A DNA stretch of 64,000 bases. It comes from Elsinoe ampelina (Eukaryota). The DNA lies in contig ML992506.1 of NCBI GenBank assembly GCA_010093995.1, forward strand, positions 492,832 to 556,831. The letters are read 5' to 3'. Position 1 is the stretch's first letter. Each line of letters begins with the position of its first letter. A program made the position numbers and the translations under genes. This document shows, piece by piece, positions 51,278 through 63,258 of this stretch. The notes under the pieces were generated by a model. It worked only from the letters and a program-made list of their open reading frames with translations, made no database searches and had not been told where the DNA came from.

Positions 51278-52978
51278 CTACCGCTCGTCATTCAGATTGT
51301 GAATGCTAATGTCCTGACTGCTCCTCACGACGGGCGAGGGCCTCCGCTCTGCATCGTGTCTCACGCCCTCCTCATACGGCCCATGTCCATTGACTCCGTT
51401 CGTACCACCACTCATTGCGATGCGTACCTCCTCTTCGGTCGCGCCGCCATTCCTGACGGCTTCTCTTGCGCCTTCCATAATCTTCATTCGTCCACGCTCG
51501 CCCCTAACCTTCTCCAGGTGGTCGAAGTAGCCATCATCCACAGGCGTGACATACTTCCCGCAGAAGACACCAACCTCGAATTTCTGCCCGGGTCCTCGAG
51601 GACTCAGTACCGCGCAAGCTTTCTCAAGGTCTTCGAGGTTCTGATAGACAACGTCATCTGCGCCGATTTGATGTGCGATGTCTGTTGAAGATCGGGAATG
51701 CGCGATCATCTCGGTTGAGCTTGCAAGGTCGATGCCGTAGATGTGTGCGTAGCTGATGGGTGGTGCGCAAGAGGCAAAGTAGACCTTCTTTGCACCTGCT
51801 TCTCGCGCCATCATGACGATCTCTCGCGATGTGGTTCCCCGAACGATGCTGTCGTCCACAAGCAGGACGTTCTTGTCTTGAAATTCGAGAGGGATGGCGT
51901 TCAGCTTCGCTCGCACACCCTTTTGCCGAGCCTTCTGGTTGGGCATGATGAATGTGCGGAAGATGTACCGGTTTCGAACGAAACCCTGGCAGTAAGGAAT
52001 TTTGAGGTATTTGCTGACTGAGTAGGCGGAAATGAGGGAAGTCTCGGGGATGGGAATCACGGCATCAATGGTGCTGAGGACTTCAGGACCTAGCTGTAAC
52101 TTGACCTTCTCGGCAAGTCGTTCCCCCATCAGCTCGCGACTGCGGTGCACCGAGATACCATCGATGATCGACTCTGGTCGGGCGAAATAGACATACTCGA
52201 ACATGTCTGGGGCGTAGTTCTCTTCTTTCGCAACGTCTTGATAGACTGGCTCTTTGCCCTTCTCAATGATCACGGCTTGTCCAGGTCTGATATCCTTGAT
52301 GTCACTATAGCCGCATTGCGAGAGCGCCACCGACTCGGAAGCCATCATGTAGTCCATGCCGGTACCAGAGTCAGATTTCTTAGATCCGATGACCATGGGG
52401 CGAATGCCGTGTGGGTCCCGGAATCCTATAAGCCCGAACCCAGCCAGCATCGCTGTACACGCCCAAGCTCCCTTGCACCGCTTGTACATTCGCTCCAGAG
52501 CGGCGAAGCAGTCGCTGGCATTGATACGAGCCTTTTTGGTCTGGTTGAGCTCGTCGGCGAAAACGTTGAGCATGAGCTCACTGTCGCTGTCGGTGTTGAT
52601 ATGCCTATGCGCGACATAGTCCAGATGGTCCTTGAGTTCCGGCGCGTTGATCAGGTTGCCGTTGTGCGTGAAGACGATGCCATATGGACTGTTCACGTAG
52701 AACGGTTGTGCCTCAGCGTTGGCGCTGCTTCCTGCCGTCGGGTATCGCAGATGTGCGCATCCCATGAAACCAGGAAGATCTGCCACTCGCATGCCCTCCT
52801 GGAAGACTTTCGAAGCCAGGCCATTGCCCTTGCACTGGTATATCCTTCCTCCTTGTGCGCATGTCGCTATGCCAGCGGCATCCTGACCGCGATGTTGAAG
52901 GTAGTAGAGGGCCTGGTGAAGCTCGGCTGCCGCAGACTCGTCGGTCGCGGCTTTGAGGACGGCGATAATGCCACACAT
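51278..52978 (-). CDS. ADE4: Amidophosphoribosyltransferase
   Basis: [39 protein letters not shown] loop [13 protein letters not shown]. Confidence 0.97.
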   Translation of the reverse strand: MCGIIAVLKAATDESAAAELHQALYYLQHRGQDAAGIATCAQGGRIYQCKGNGLASKVFQEGMRVADLPGFMGCAHLRYPTAGSSANAEAQPFYVNSPYGIVFTHNGNLINAPELKDHLDYVAHRHINTDSDSELMLNVFADELNQTKKARINASDCFAALERMYKRCKGAWACTAMLAGFGLIGFRDPHGIRPMVIGSKKSDSGTGMDYMMASESVALSQCGYSDIKDIRPGQAVIIEKGKEPVYQDVAKEENYAPDMFEYVYFARPESIIDGISVHRSRELMGERLAEKVKLQLGPEVLSTIDAVIPIPETSLISAYSVSKYLKIPYCQGFVRNRYIFRTFIMPNQKARQKGVRAKLNAIPLEFQDKNVLLVDDSIVRGTTSREIVMMAREAGAKKVYFASCAPPISYAHIYGIDLASSTEMIAHSRSSTDIAHQIGADDVVYQNLEDLEKACAVLSPRGPGQKFEVGVFCGKYVTPVDDGYFDHLEKVRGERGRMKIMEGAREAVRNGGATEEEVRIAMSGGTNGVNGHGPYEEGVRHDAERRPSPVVRSSQDISIHNLNDER

Positions 52979-53057
52979 GGTGGATGTACGTGATCTGCAA
53001 CCCCCGCGTTAGTCGAAGATCATGGAGGGGCCGTCGTGAGGACAGAGTGTTGGAGAA

Positions 53058-53135
53058 ATGGTCAGGGCGGATTGTGGTCGACAGAGGTGATTACGCAGTC
53101 TAACATCTTTTTTTCTTCGCAATTCATCACGAATG
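53058..53135 (-). ncRNA. Candidate box C/D snoRNA (snR58-like) in the ADE4 5'UTR intron
   Basis: Box C GTGATGA (53130-53124), box D CTGA (53065-53062), 12-nt guide AGATGTTAGACT (53108-53097) complementary to the remembered LSU rRNA segment AGUCUAACAUCU; lies inside intron 53171-52995. Confidence 0.65.
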
Positions 53136-54096
53136 AGACTCAAAGAAGTGGAAACGCGCGACCAGACTTACCTGGACTATCCGAATGTTGAAGTGAGGGG
53201 TCTATTCAAGGAGGGATGAAAGTGTGAGCGGGTGGATATTTAGTAGCGATCTTCGTCGTATCGTGAGGCTTGCATGACTTGTTGCGTAATGCGGTGAGGT
53301 GTTGAGAACCAGAGCGAGCCTGGTAGATAGTGTGATACATTGTTAAAAGTTCTCTATCCTTTTACACGAAGATAAAATTTCCCCATGCCCGCGATTATTG
53401 CCGATAACGGTCTGTCCCGCCCTTCCATGCACCCACTTCCGCTCCCACGCGTTCCTGCCACGCGACGTGTTTCTTTGACCTCATCTCATTGAAACCACTT
53501 CCTCCGACATGTTCGCTGCCACGAATGCGTTGGAGAGTACTCATTCCGACTGCTCTACATGACTATCTTTCTCATTGGTGACCATGGTCAACATCTTGAA
53601 CGCACCGGATACCAAGGCATCATCCACGCGCGTGCCCTGTCTGTGTAACACAGGACAGTGATATCATATCATATTATACAAGATATTCTCGACCGAGGTC
53701 AATGAGAACCATGTACTCGCACGACAGGTCAGCGCTCCACGTTAGACTCAGCCAGAGAGCACTTACGGACACGACTTTCGATATCTAACACACTTGATGG
53801 AAAGTGTTGCTTCGGTGAGGTCGCACAACGAGCATGTGCCTACACATGCATTAGCTCGATACAGCATTAGCGCTATGCAGCCGTTTGTAGTAAACTATTT
53901 CTGCTTCAAGAATTTCACTTCACCTTGACCTCTTTTCACACTCGCACGCTTTCACTCTCTTACCTCGCAGAGGAGCATCTCTCATCATCCGCGGTACGAT
54001 TCGCAATTACTGGCTGCCTCTCACCTAATCTGCGACGACCAACCACGTCAAACTCATATCAATCGTTTTCGGTGTGAGGCCTCAGAAGTGTACAAT

Positions 54097-56030
54097 ATGC
54101 CTCCAGTACGACATCGCCGGCGCAGGAGCCCGGAAGCGCAACGTGAGTTCGGCCTACTACACCTGGTGATGTTCACTAACATCTCATAGGCATCAACGAT
54201 GACGATGATCAAGACTCACCAGTCGTCATAGAAATCGCCGATGACAGTGATGTCGACATTGTCGAGGAGGAGAGAAACGTTCACAACTCTCGTGTAAACA
54301 GACATAGATCCATTCCATCTCTCACGACATCGCCTTCTCAGTCGCCATTCTGGATCTCGATCGACCAGTACCCCGAATATCAGATACGCATTGGTACCGT
54401 CTTGAAGTTGCACAGACTTGGGGACTATGTCCAAATACAACAAATGTTCACAGACTCCGCCCATGATGACAAACTCATCATCCGTGGACGACGCTTCAGA
54501 AAGATGTCGAGTATGCCTGGTGGCCTCGAGCGCGAGCCGAACGAAGTCACGATGATGCAGGAGGTCTATACAGACTCCGCGACTGACGCAAAGGGCTTTG
54601 TCCTCGAGACCTTCGAGGCTGAGGACGTATTGCCTATCTCGAAACGGCTTGTGCGTCTGACGAATTATCTACGACCAGTCCAGGCGCAGCAAGGGCGACT
54701 GATTGAGCACATCCCGGAGATGCAACGAGTATCTCAAGCTCGTGATCACAGGTTCCTTATATGCCGCTCCAAGTATTGCGCAGTCTACAACGGCCCGAGT
54801 ACCGCAAATCCTCGTAAGGTGGAAGAGATCTGGACGAACCTGACAGACAAGGAGGCCGACAGCAACCACAGCTTCGATGACATGCTCATCAGGCAGAAAG
54901 TGAAGGAGTTGCTACGAACCTCGGAGCGTGGAGACAGCCAGTACACTGCGTGCGACGGGTTCTGCGGTGCTGGATTTGCCTCTGCCGGTGCAGAGGCTGC
55001 GAGCCTCAAGGTTGTGTGGAGTTTCGACAATGATCCGAAAGCAATGCACTCATATCGAAGGAACCACCGCAACGTGAAGACCCTACTCATGGACTTCTTC
55101 AATGTCGTTCGCCAGTATGGAGATCGGATCAAGGTCGATGTCCTGATGCTATCGTTTCCGTGTCAGTACTTCTCGTATTGCCATACAGTGCCCGGCAGAA
55201 ATGATGACGCCAACGAAGTCGCCATGCTGGGTCTCGGTGATATCCTCGCAAAATTCAAACCGCGGCTGGTCGTCATCGAGCAGACTGGCGGTCTCGACCG
55301 GGTCAGATTCAGGCAGCACCTCATGGCGGTCATTGCTGGGTTTCGAAACAACGACTACAGCGTACGCAAAGGAGTGACCAATTTTGCTGGTCTCGGCCAG
55401 TCCTCTAGACGCCGCAGACTAATGTTCTTTGGGGCAGCGTAAGCACCGGGACCTTTCTCCTTGGTATACCCTTAGTGGTACAGCTGACACATTGACAGAG
55501 CTGGCGAGCGCCTTCCACCCTTTCCAAAGCAGATCTACAACATTGACTTTGTCAATCCCCGACCTGACCTCTTCCCTGCTGTTTCCATCAAGGATGTGCT
55601 CGCCCGTGTTGTCGGCAATCATCCTGAGCACAGATTCGAGCGCGCCGATATCAGTCCTGCTGTTGCTCCAATCGATCCTCGCACCACGCAGCTCGGCACA
55701 TTCACGTGCACCCGCAATCGCAGGTTCAGGCACAACATCCACTGGTTCGGGAAGCGATTCTGGACAATCCATGAGCTCCTGCTTCTACAAGGTGCGCCTG
55801 CACGCTATCGTCTCAAAGGCAACCTTACGACGAAGCTGAAGCAAATCGGCAATGCGTTTCCATCAATCGCAGCCGAGCAATTCTACAGAGAGTGCGTTAA
55901 GAGTCTACAGGCTACAGACCGCGAGGATGCTATGCGTCTCCGTGGTCGTCGTGAAGAAACCGTGGCTAGCGTCCAGATACAGCCTCCTCCTGCGGGTTCA
56001 TCCCCAGACCGACCGATCGCTATCCGTTAA
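54097..56030 (+). CDS. rid: C5 cytosine methyltransferase-like protein, RID/Masc1/DmtA family (3 exons)
   Basis: Motif I DGFCGAG, motif IV SFPCQ followed by HT..GRNDDAN, motif VI EQT (RID/Masc1 diagnostic, versus ENV), motif VIII RRRL, motifs IX-X TIHELLLLQG...KQIGNAFP in the last exon. Confidence 0.85.
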
Positions 56031-58053
56031 GGTAGCATTGTCGACCTCCAAAGACGCCACGATCGGTCATCCGGGCACATCAAGACAGACTTGGGCGCTA
56101 CATACAATGCATATGCTTGGACTTATGCTACACATGTATCTCTAGCAGCAACTACTCGCCGATTAATCCGGACATATGCCGACCTTCTGTCATTCTATAA
56201 TCTAGACAGTGACGCCCGCTAGAGACACATCTGTCACCTTGTACTCTACATACTGGACCTGGAGTTTACCCGGCAATGACTTCGATGTCCTAGCTCTTCC
56301 ACTTCTCCGCCTATACTCTCTGACCGGCCACACCTTGCTCCACTCGATCAGCGTTGACAAAGAATGACTACGAGGACGAGATGATCTGCTTGAGAAGGAG
56401 ATATCATTGCGAATTATGGCTTCCACTTCTCATCTCATTCACTGTACAATATAGCACCATAGCTTCATGCACACCTAGCTAGCCACATGTACATCAACGA
56501 CAGAAAATCAAGCATTCTCTCCTCCCGACAACTCGTCCTCTTTTCCCACACTGCACCTCGCTTGCTCCCTCCCCATATCCCCATCTCGTTCTCCATTCAA
56601 TCCTCTCACCCAATCCACCCCTTTCCCAGACCCTCCAAACCCCCACCGATACCTGCCCTTCCCATCTCACCATCCAGCACTGCACAGAACATTCTGTCCA
56701 CTGAATAGCAGCGCAAAGCACATCAACTCTACACCAAGCATACCAACAGATAGGCATCAAAGCGTTCATTGGCATGGATTATCTACAAAGTGTTGGACTA
56801 CAAACCAGGATAGACAGCAAGAGCGCAAACTCTGTCGTAACAGAGGGAGAACACAAAGAGCGAGGCAGTAGCACAGCAAGACCACTCGATCCAGAAACGG
56901 CTACCACACGAATGCTTCACAGACTGCTCCCGAACAGCAAACACCCCAAAAAGCTCCCGCAAAGAAACCCATCAACTGCCGGCATGTAAAGACCGCATTA
57001 GACATTAGCCACACCATCGAGGACCGAGCAGAAAGAACGCCAGACAGGTGCCCCAGGAAGGTATAGCAAGAAGAGGAAACCATGGTTGAGTCGTCGACTT
57101 TGCTGCAGTCGGACATCAAGTCCAAACCTTCGCGCTACTGCGGCCAGGATGACGACCCCGACTTGCATGCGTGGAGTGGAGATTGAAAGCTCGGCGCTGC
57201 TCTCGTGGACGCTGTATGCTATATGTCCTCTGTTCGTGTCTGGGGCGGACGACATGCAATCGGCCTGATAGGTAAAACTACCAGAAGGGCGCCTGCTCAG
57301 CTGTGTAGGTCGGATCCTCTCTGCCATAGCCTGCCCAGATACTACCAGGAATTCGTCCCGCTCGATAGTGGCCGGAGTGTCCAGATCTGGGCGAAGAACA
57401 CACTGGTACTTTCCCTCGTATATCAGACAGTCGGTGGAGACACTCGCGGTACGAGTGAAAGGTGCCACGAAGGGATTGCACGACGGTCATATTGCAGCCG
57501 AGGAGACAGCGGACCGATGCCACGATGAGCTGTGACCGGCTCATAGCTCGCAGGTCTTGTACAGCACTTGCATGAATATAAGCGCACAATGAGACGCCCC
57601 CTCCACTTTCCCCCTGTCCTGTAAGACAGAGGGAGAAGGACACGTCAATCTAGTCACGCCAAATTTCTTCTCGGAACGTAGTAAAGAGGGCCCAAGCTGC
57701 TACTGGAGATAAAAGCGAGGCGGGCGTGACAAATTTGTTCCTGGTCAACACAACAAGACGGCATCTGGTCACGTGGACACACCACACGAGCAACGTGGGT
57801 TTTTGAAAGAGTTTTTTTTATTCAACCCGGATTGCAATTGCAGAAAAGTAAATTCGCATACCTTGATCCCCCTTTGTCCCTTGGTTTGTCCCTTTTGCCG
57901 TCCATGATTGTAACCTGCTACTCTTCGATGAGAGGTGCGAGGAGAAAGGAGAGGAGGGAACTATCTGTACAGAAGAAGGGGCGTGATTAGAGATGTGATG
58001 ACGTGGTGGTGGGATGTCGACGTGGTTCTCATTATGATGTTGCCGAGTGGAAT

Positions 58054-59516
58054 TTATGCAATCATCCACCTGGGATATGTTAGTGGTGGGTTTGAAAAGA
58101 CTGAAGGACAATACTGACCATGCACCGCCTACCAAACCGACAAGGATCAGAAATGTGATGATACCAGCACCTGCACGGTCGCCGGTGGTGATGGGGCGGA
58201 CTGGCTCGTCGGGGTCGCGGTCACCACCGGTACCGGCGAGAGGATTACCCGTTGAAGTACCACCGGTGGTGTTGGATAGAGGACCAGCGACGTAGTCGAT
58301 GAGGGTAGATTGGATGGTCTCGAGAGCGCTCATCTGTTGACCGACACCGTAAAGACCGTCCCAACCGCCAGTGTCCCACCTGGTACCGCAAGTGATCTTG
58401 TCATCGCCGCCGACGCAGGACTGCGCGGCAGCGTTGGCGGAAGCGACAAGGTAGGGCATCATCTGGTCGCGGAGGAAGGGGGCGACCTTGAGAGAGGCGG
58501 CCATCCAGCGGGCAAGGTAGGCCTTGAACGATTGTTGATCGACGTTGCAGTTTCCATTGGGTTCGCAGGCCACTTCATACATGATCTGTCCGCTGGAGCC
58601 TGTGAAGAAGACCTTTGAGCCGTCCCAGATCTTCTGGACGCGGTCCTTCCATACATCCGACTCAGTCTGGTTGAACATCATGGCTGCACCGTACATGAAG
58701 ACACCAGCGTTGTAAGACCACTGAATACGGTTGAGTTCGGAGCAGTTCTTGGTGTCATCAGTACCGTCAAAGAATTGGTATTCCGGGCTGATGAGACCGA
58801 TAGCTTGAGACCAGTCCCACGAGCGCTCAGCCCATTCGTTGTAGGTCTGGTTACCAGTGTAAGCACCAAGGCGGGCGGCCAAGTTGAAGAAGCATCCGTT
58901 GGAAATGGTGTTCTTGTAGTTGTAACCGTTGTTGAAGGTGAAGATCTGCCACTTCAGACCACCACCGCATGACTCGGTGTTCCATCGAATAGCCTGTGAG
59001 TTGAATACAGCTTGTGCAAGGGCTAGCCATTGTGGCTGATCCGCGGGCGGGTTAGGGAAGTTGACTTCAGCGGCGGACATGGCAGCCAGACCCCAGAAGC
59101 CCTGGTCATCGTTTCCGAGCGACCTTGTCTGGTTGATAGGCATGTAATCGTTGGTGTCGCCGACCTGGAAGAGAAGACCTTGGCTGACGGTGGGGTTGAA
59201 TGATGTATCTCCAGTATAGTAATAGTAGTCCACCAACGATCCAAACATGGCTCCTGCTTCCCACCAGTAGTATGGGTCTCCCAACAGACCAGGGATACCG
59301 CCAGTCTTGTTTCCTGGGTAGTACGTCAACATCTTGTTTGCAACTGTGTAGGCCGCGGCTTTGATGGAGGCTGAAAATCTGTCAGTATTGAGTCCAGAGC
59401 ATTATGTAAATCGATTGCCAACCTTGATCATTTGTGTTCAGCTCGATGCCTGCGACAGACTGTGCTGCCAGCAGAGCGACTGACGCCTTTCCGGCGAGAC
59501 TTGACGAGAACTTCAT
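58054..59516 (-). CDS. DFG5: GH76 alpha-1,6-mannanase / GPI-glycan transglycosidase (Dfg5/Dcw1), 3 exons
   Basis: Signal peptide MKFSSSLAGK...; YYWWEAGAM, catalytic GNDDQGFW, CGGGLKWQI, YKNTISNG; C-terminal ITTGDRAGAGIIT...W / WMIA*. Confidence 0.93.
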
Positions 59517-60505
59517 GATGTGTTGTTGATTGTGTATCGCGTTTGTTCAACGGTCGGACGAAAAGACCGGAGATGGCGCTTCGAAGAGCTTTTGGGTATG
59601 ACCAGATGAATGCGTGATTATCTTTTTACGAGATTACCAAGTATACCAGACTCGTAAACAAGATTGCGAAGCCCACTGCAGTAAGCCGGAAGTCGTGAGA
59701 CTCAGGGTGCGACCGGGGGCGGAGAGGAGCGACCGTGAGGGTACAGAATGCAGCGCTGTCCCGGCGCAAACTTGAAGAAGAGTCTTCCCGTGACGACGTT
59801 GCTGGTGTCGGAAGAACGAGCGTGGATTGCGTGAAGGGTATGGGTGGAGGAGGTTGTGAAAGTGAACGGATCATGCAAGATGCAAGATGCAAGATGGAAG
59901 CCCGGTTCAGGTTCAGGTTTAGGGGATCTCTGGGCTGAGGCCTGAGGGCTCCTAGTGTTGGTCCGTGTTCCCGCTCTCCCGTCGACTGAGGTGACGACGC
60001 GCCCACAGCCACACTGGTCGCTGAGAAAGGAAGAAGGAAGCATCATCCATGTAATGCTCATCTTCTCGCTCGACCGTCCGTATTTCATTACTGTCGACGA
60101 TGAAATAATTACACCTTCATGTTTGCCTCACTCGCGTCGACACATCTCTATACCCTTGCGGCTCTGCAGTCTCACTCCTCTGCTGTATCGCAGAATATCA
60201 AGTCGCTCAAAACAGATTGCCATGTCGTGGTGACGTCTTTGCCCAGGTCGTCAAGGAATGCAGAATTCACGCCCAGCACCGTCTATCCCAGCCGTTTTAC
60301 TTGACATTCATGATTCAATTCTCTTGGGGGACGCTAGCTTCAGCACGTACAATACGATACTGGAAGGCCTCAAGGTCGAGGACTGTCTGCGCATCTGGAT
60401 CCAAAGCATCTAAAAATTCTGTAAGACATGCGGAACCAAATACGAGGACCAGCCACGTGACCTCTTTTGTGCATAGTCTCTGACGAGGTACATTTTCTTC
60501 GATTT

Positions 60506-61561
60506 CTAATCTGCCTTTGCTGGTCGATGTGCATTGATCTCTCTCAGTATGCTGTCTGCTCCTCCACGAGTGAGTTGTGCTGCGAGATCTCGTCCTAAGC
60601 GCTCGGCATCGTCGCTCGATTTGAGCTCTCGCTGGCCGCTTTCCTCGACAGCTTGCGAACCGTCCAGGCTCACAACAATGCCACGTAGCAGAAGGTTCTC
60701 ATGCTTCTCGTCGAGCCAACGAGTTTCAACACCGATAGGTACACTGCATCCGCCTTCGAGCGCTCGCCTCAGCTCTCGCTCAGCCAGACATGCAAGCGTA
60801 GATCTGGTGTCGGCAAGTTTGTCGACGATATTTTTGATGGGCATGTCACCCTTGCGAATCTCCATTCCTAATGCGCCTTGGCCTACGGCGTGATAGATGC
60901 CTCCCTCCTCGGAGCTCATTCTCTGGTTGATGCGGTCCTGCAGACCTATCCTCTCAAGGCCGCATGCCGACATGATCATGCAGGTAAAGTCACTTGTCGG
61001 TTCGTCCACTTTGGCCAGACGAGTCTCGACGTTTCCTCGAAGATTCGCGAACTTGAGATGCGGGTACAGTCGCTTCAGCTGCGCTGACCGTCTCACTGAC
61101 GAAGTACCGACCACGGCGTCATGCGGCAAGGTATCAAGACTGGTGTAAGGTAGTCCTGCCTTGACAATCAAAGCGTCCCGGCGGTCATCATACAGAGGAA
61201 TGGTGGCTAGCTCGCAGGAGTCGGGCAGATTAGTGGGCATGTCTGCACGCCCATTAGAGCTAGGCGACACGTACCACAATGGCAGTCATGTACCTTTCAG
61301 ACAATGCACAACAATATCCAATTGTCCAGATGTCAACTTCTCCTCCAGTTCCGTGGTCCATAATGCCTTTGCTCCAAAGTTGTATAATTCCTTGGATTGG
61401 TCTTTGTCGCCAAGGGTACGCAAAGCTTCAATCTCAAATTGAAGGTCAGGCCACAATTGGAGGAGGCTCTGCTTGACGCTCTCGGCCTGTACGAGAGCAA
61501 GATTTGACCTGCGTGTGCCAATGCGTATTGGATTACGCAGTGTATGACCCGCGCCTGTCAT
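60506..61561 (-). CDS. HEM3: Porphobilinogen deaminase (hydroxymethylbilane synthase), 2 exons
   Basis: IGTRRSNLALVQ, TLGDK, VHCLK / DMPT, GTSSVRR, RGNVETRL, EGGCSVPIG. Confidence 0.95.
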
Positions 61562-62375
61562 CTTGAGCGTTGCCGTAAGGGTGCTCTGTCAAGCTTGAGA
61601 GTGATGAAAATGGGTACAGCTGACTGTGAGGCCAGTCAATTTAGTTGTATCATCTCAGCTCAAGCTCAAAATTAGTGGAGAAGGTTTCGCAGCGGGACAC
61701 CAGAAGTGACACGAAACAGAGCAAGCATTGTCTGCTGGTAGAGCCATATCTGGGAATCAAGAGGATCACAAATCTACTGCTTTGTGTAGTTACATGAATT
61801 ATGTCGACGTTGCCTGGAGCATAACTTGATCGCGCCGTCCTTCTCAGTCGCCGCAGCTTGGCATCTCTCGTGAAGGTGTTGACTTGTAGAACGAGTTGTA
61901 TGCAGCAGCAGTCGAACAGACAATATTGGTCACCATCGTAAACGTGCTGGACTGCAAGAGAAATCTGTGAGAGTATGGTAACACTGCTGCCTCAACGTGC
62001 CAAATCGAGCGAGACTTGCGGTTGGATTGCTTTGGATTAATTGTGTGTCGGCCGTTGCGTGTTGCATGGCCGCAGGGAAGCGCACGGACCTCTGCGCTTG
62101 AGGTGAGCAAGTCGAAGTCCAAGGATGTCCAAAGTCGGACCGTGGACCGGCTTCACTCGTTCCAGCATCACTTGCCCTCCTAGCCATCTCTACCACCCTT
62201 TGCGCAACACGTGTCACACCTTCTCGGCTTCTTCTGACGACTACAATCAGCTTCTCCATCTATTTGACGACTTTTCATCACCTCATCCGCAGCTGCTCGA
62301 CCCTCTTGCCATAGACGACGATTCCGGATAGGCCGCAGCGTTTCCACCACTTTCTCACACTCACCACACATCACA

Positions 62376-62931
62376 ATGGCCGACAGAGACGCTCCATATG
62401 ACCCGTACATCCCCAGCGGCCAGGGCGCCGGAGGATCGCAAGGTCCAAGGGACAACAATCAGCGAACTGCTGCTCTCCAAGCTGTACGTCATTCCCTCAC
62501 ATCGGACTATGCGACAGCGGCTGTCATTTGGAAGAGGAGGAAGACCAAGACGTAGAGGGCAGAGAAACCACCTGCATGCTTCAAGCTGTGTGGTCCATCT
62601 CAAAACAATATGCTAACACGATACTTTCAGGAAATCGACTCCACCGTAAATGTCATGCGAAGCAACATCAACAAGGTCTCGGAACGTGGCGAGAACCTCA
62701 ACTCACTTCAAGACAAGACCGACAACCTCGCCGTATCTGCTCAAGGTTTCCGTCGCGGTGCCAACAGGGTCCGCAAGCAAATGTGGTGGAAGGACATGAA
62801 GATGCGCATCTGCATCATTGTCGGCATCATTATCTTGCTGGTCATCATCATTGTGCCATCGGGTATGTTCCCGTCCTACCAGGAAGGCTTAATCACGCTA
62901 ATGTGTCATAGTCATCGCCAGCAGGAAGTAA
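62376..62931 (+). CDS. SNC1: Synaptobrevin / v-SNARE (3 exons)
   Basis: [41 protein letters not shown]...[17 protein letters not shown]-terminal TM. Confidence 0.95.
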
Positions 62932-63258
62932 GCGAATTCTAAAGGGTGCCAGAGGGAATGAAATGAGCAGCTGCCGGCTTCACTACTTGGTGGAGAGGCG
63001 AACACAAGACGCGAGCTGAAAGAGTACGATAGGACGATACGGATGAGTCGTGGGATGGCGCGCAATTGATTTGATCTGCTTTCCTCCTGGCTTTCTGAAT
63101 GTCAAATACCACCACCCACGATACGATCAGGCGCAATTAGGAAATCGGAACTTTGTCATTTCTATCCATCCTGTGTCAAGTGGCCATGTGCAGGTGGCTC
63201 AATGCCAGTCATATGTACAATGCTATGGTCACCGCAACCACTTTAGCAGCCCACTCAG

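Noticed and set aside
53166..53175. ACTTACCTGG resembling the 5' end of U1 snRNA
   Set aside because: It is the reverse complement of the ADE4 5'UTR intron donor; no U1 stem-loops or Sm site follow.
56494..57643. Several 70-156 aa ORFs between rid and DFG5, plus a lone C-rich patch at 56510-56680
   Set aside because: No recognisable domain or consistent splice model; the C-rich patch has no G-rich partner.
59874..59920. Short tandem repeats (TGCAAGA)x3 and (GGTTCA)x2-3
   Set aside because: Simple tandem repeats without spacers; not CRISPR and no evidence of function.
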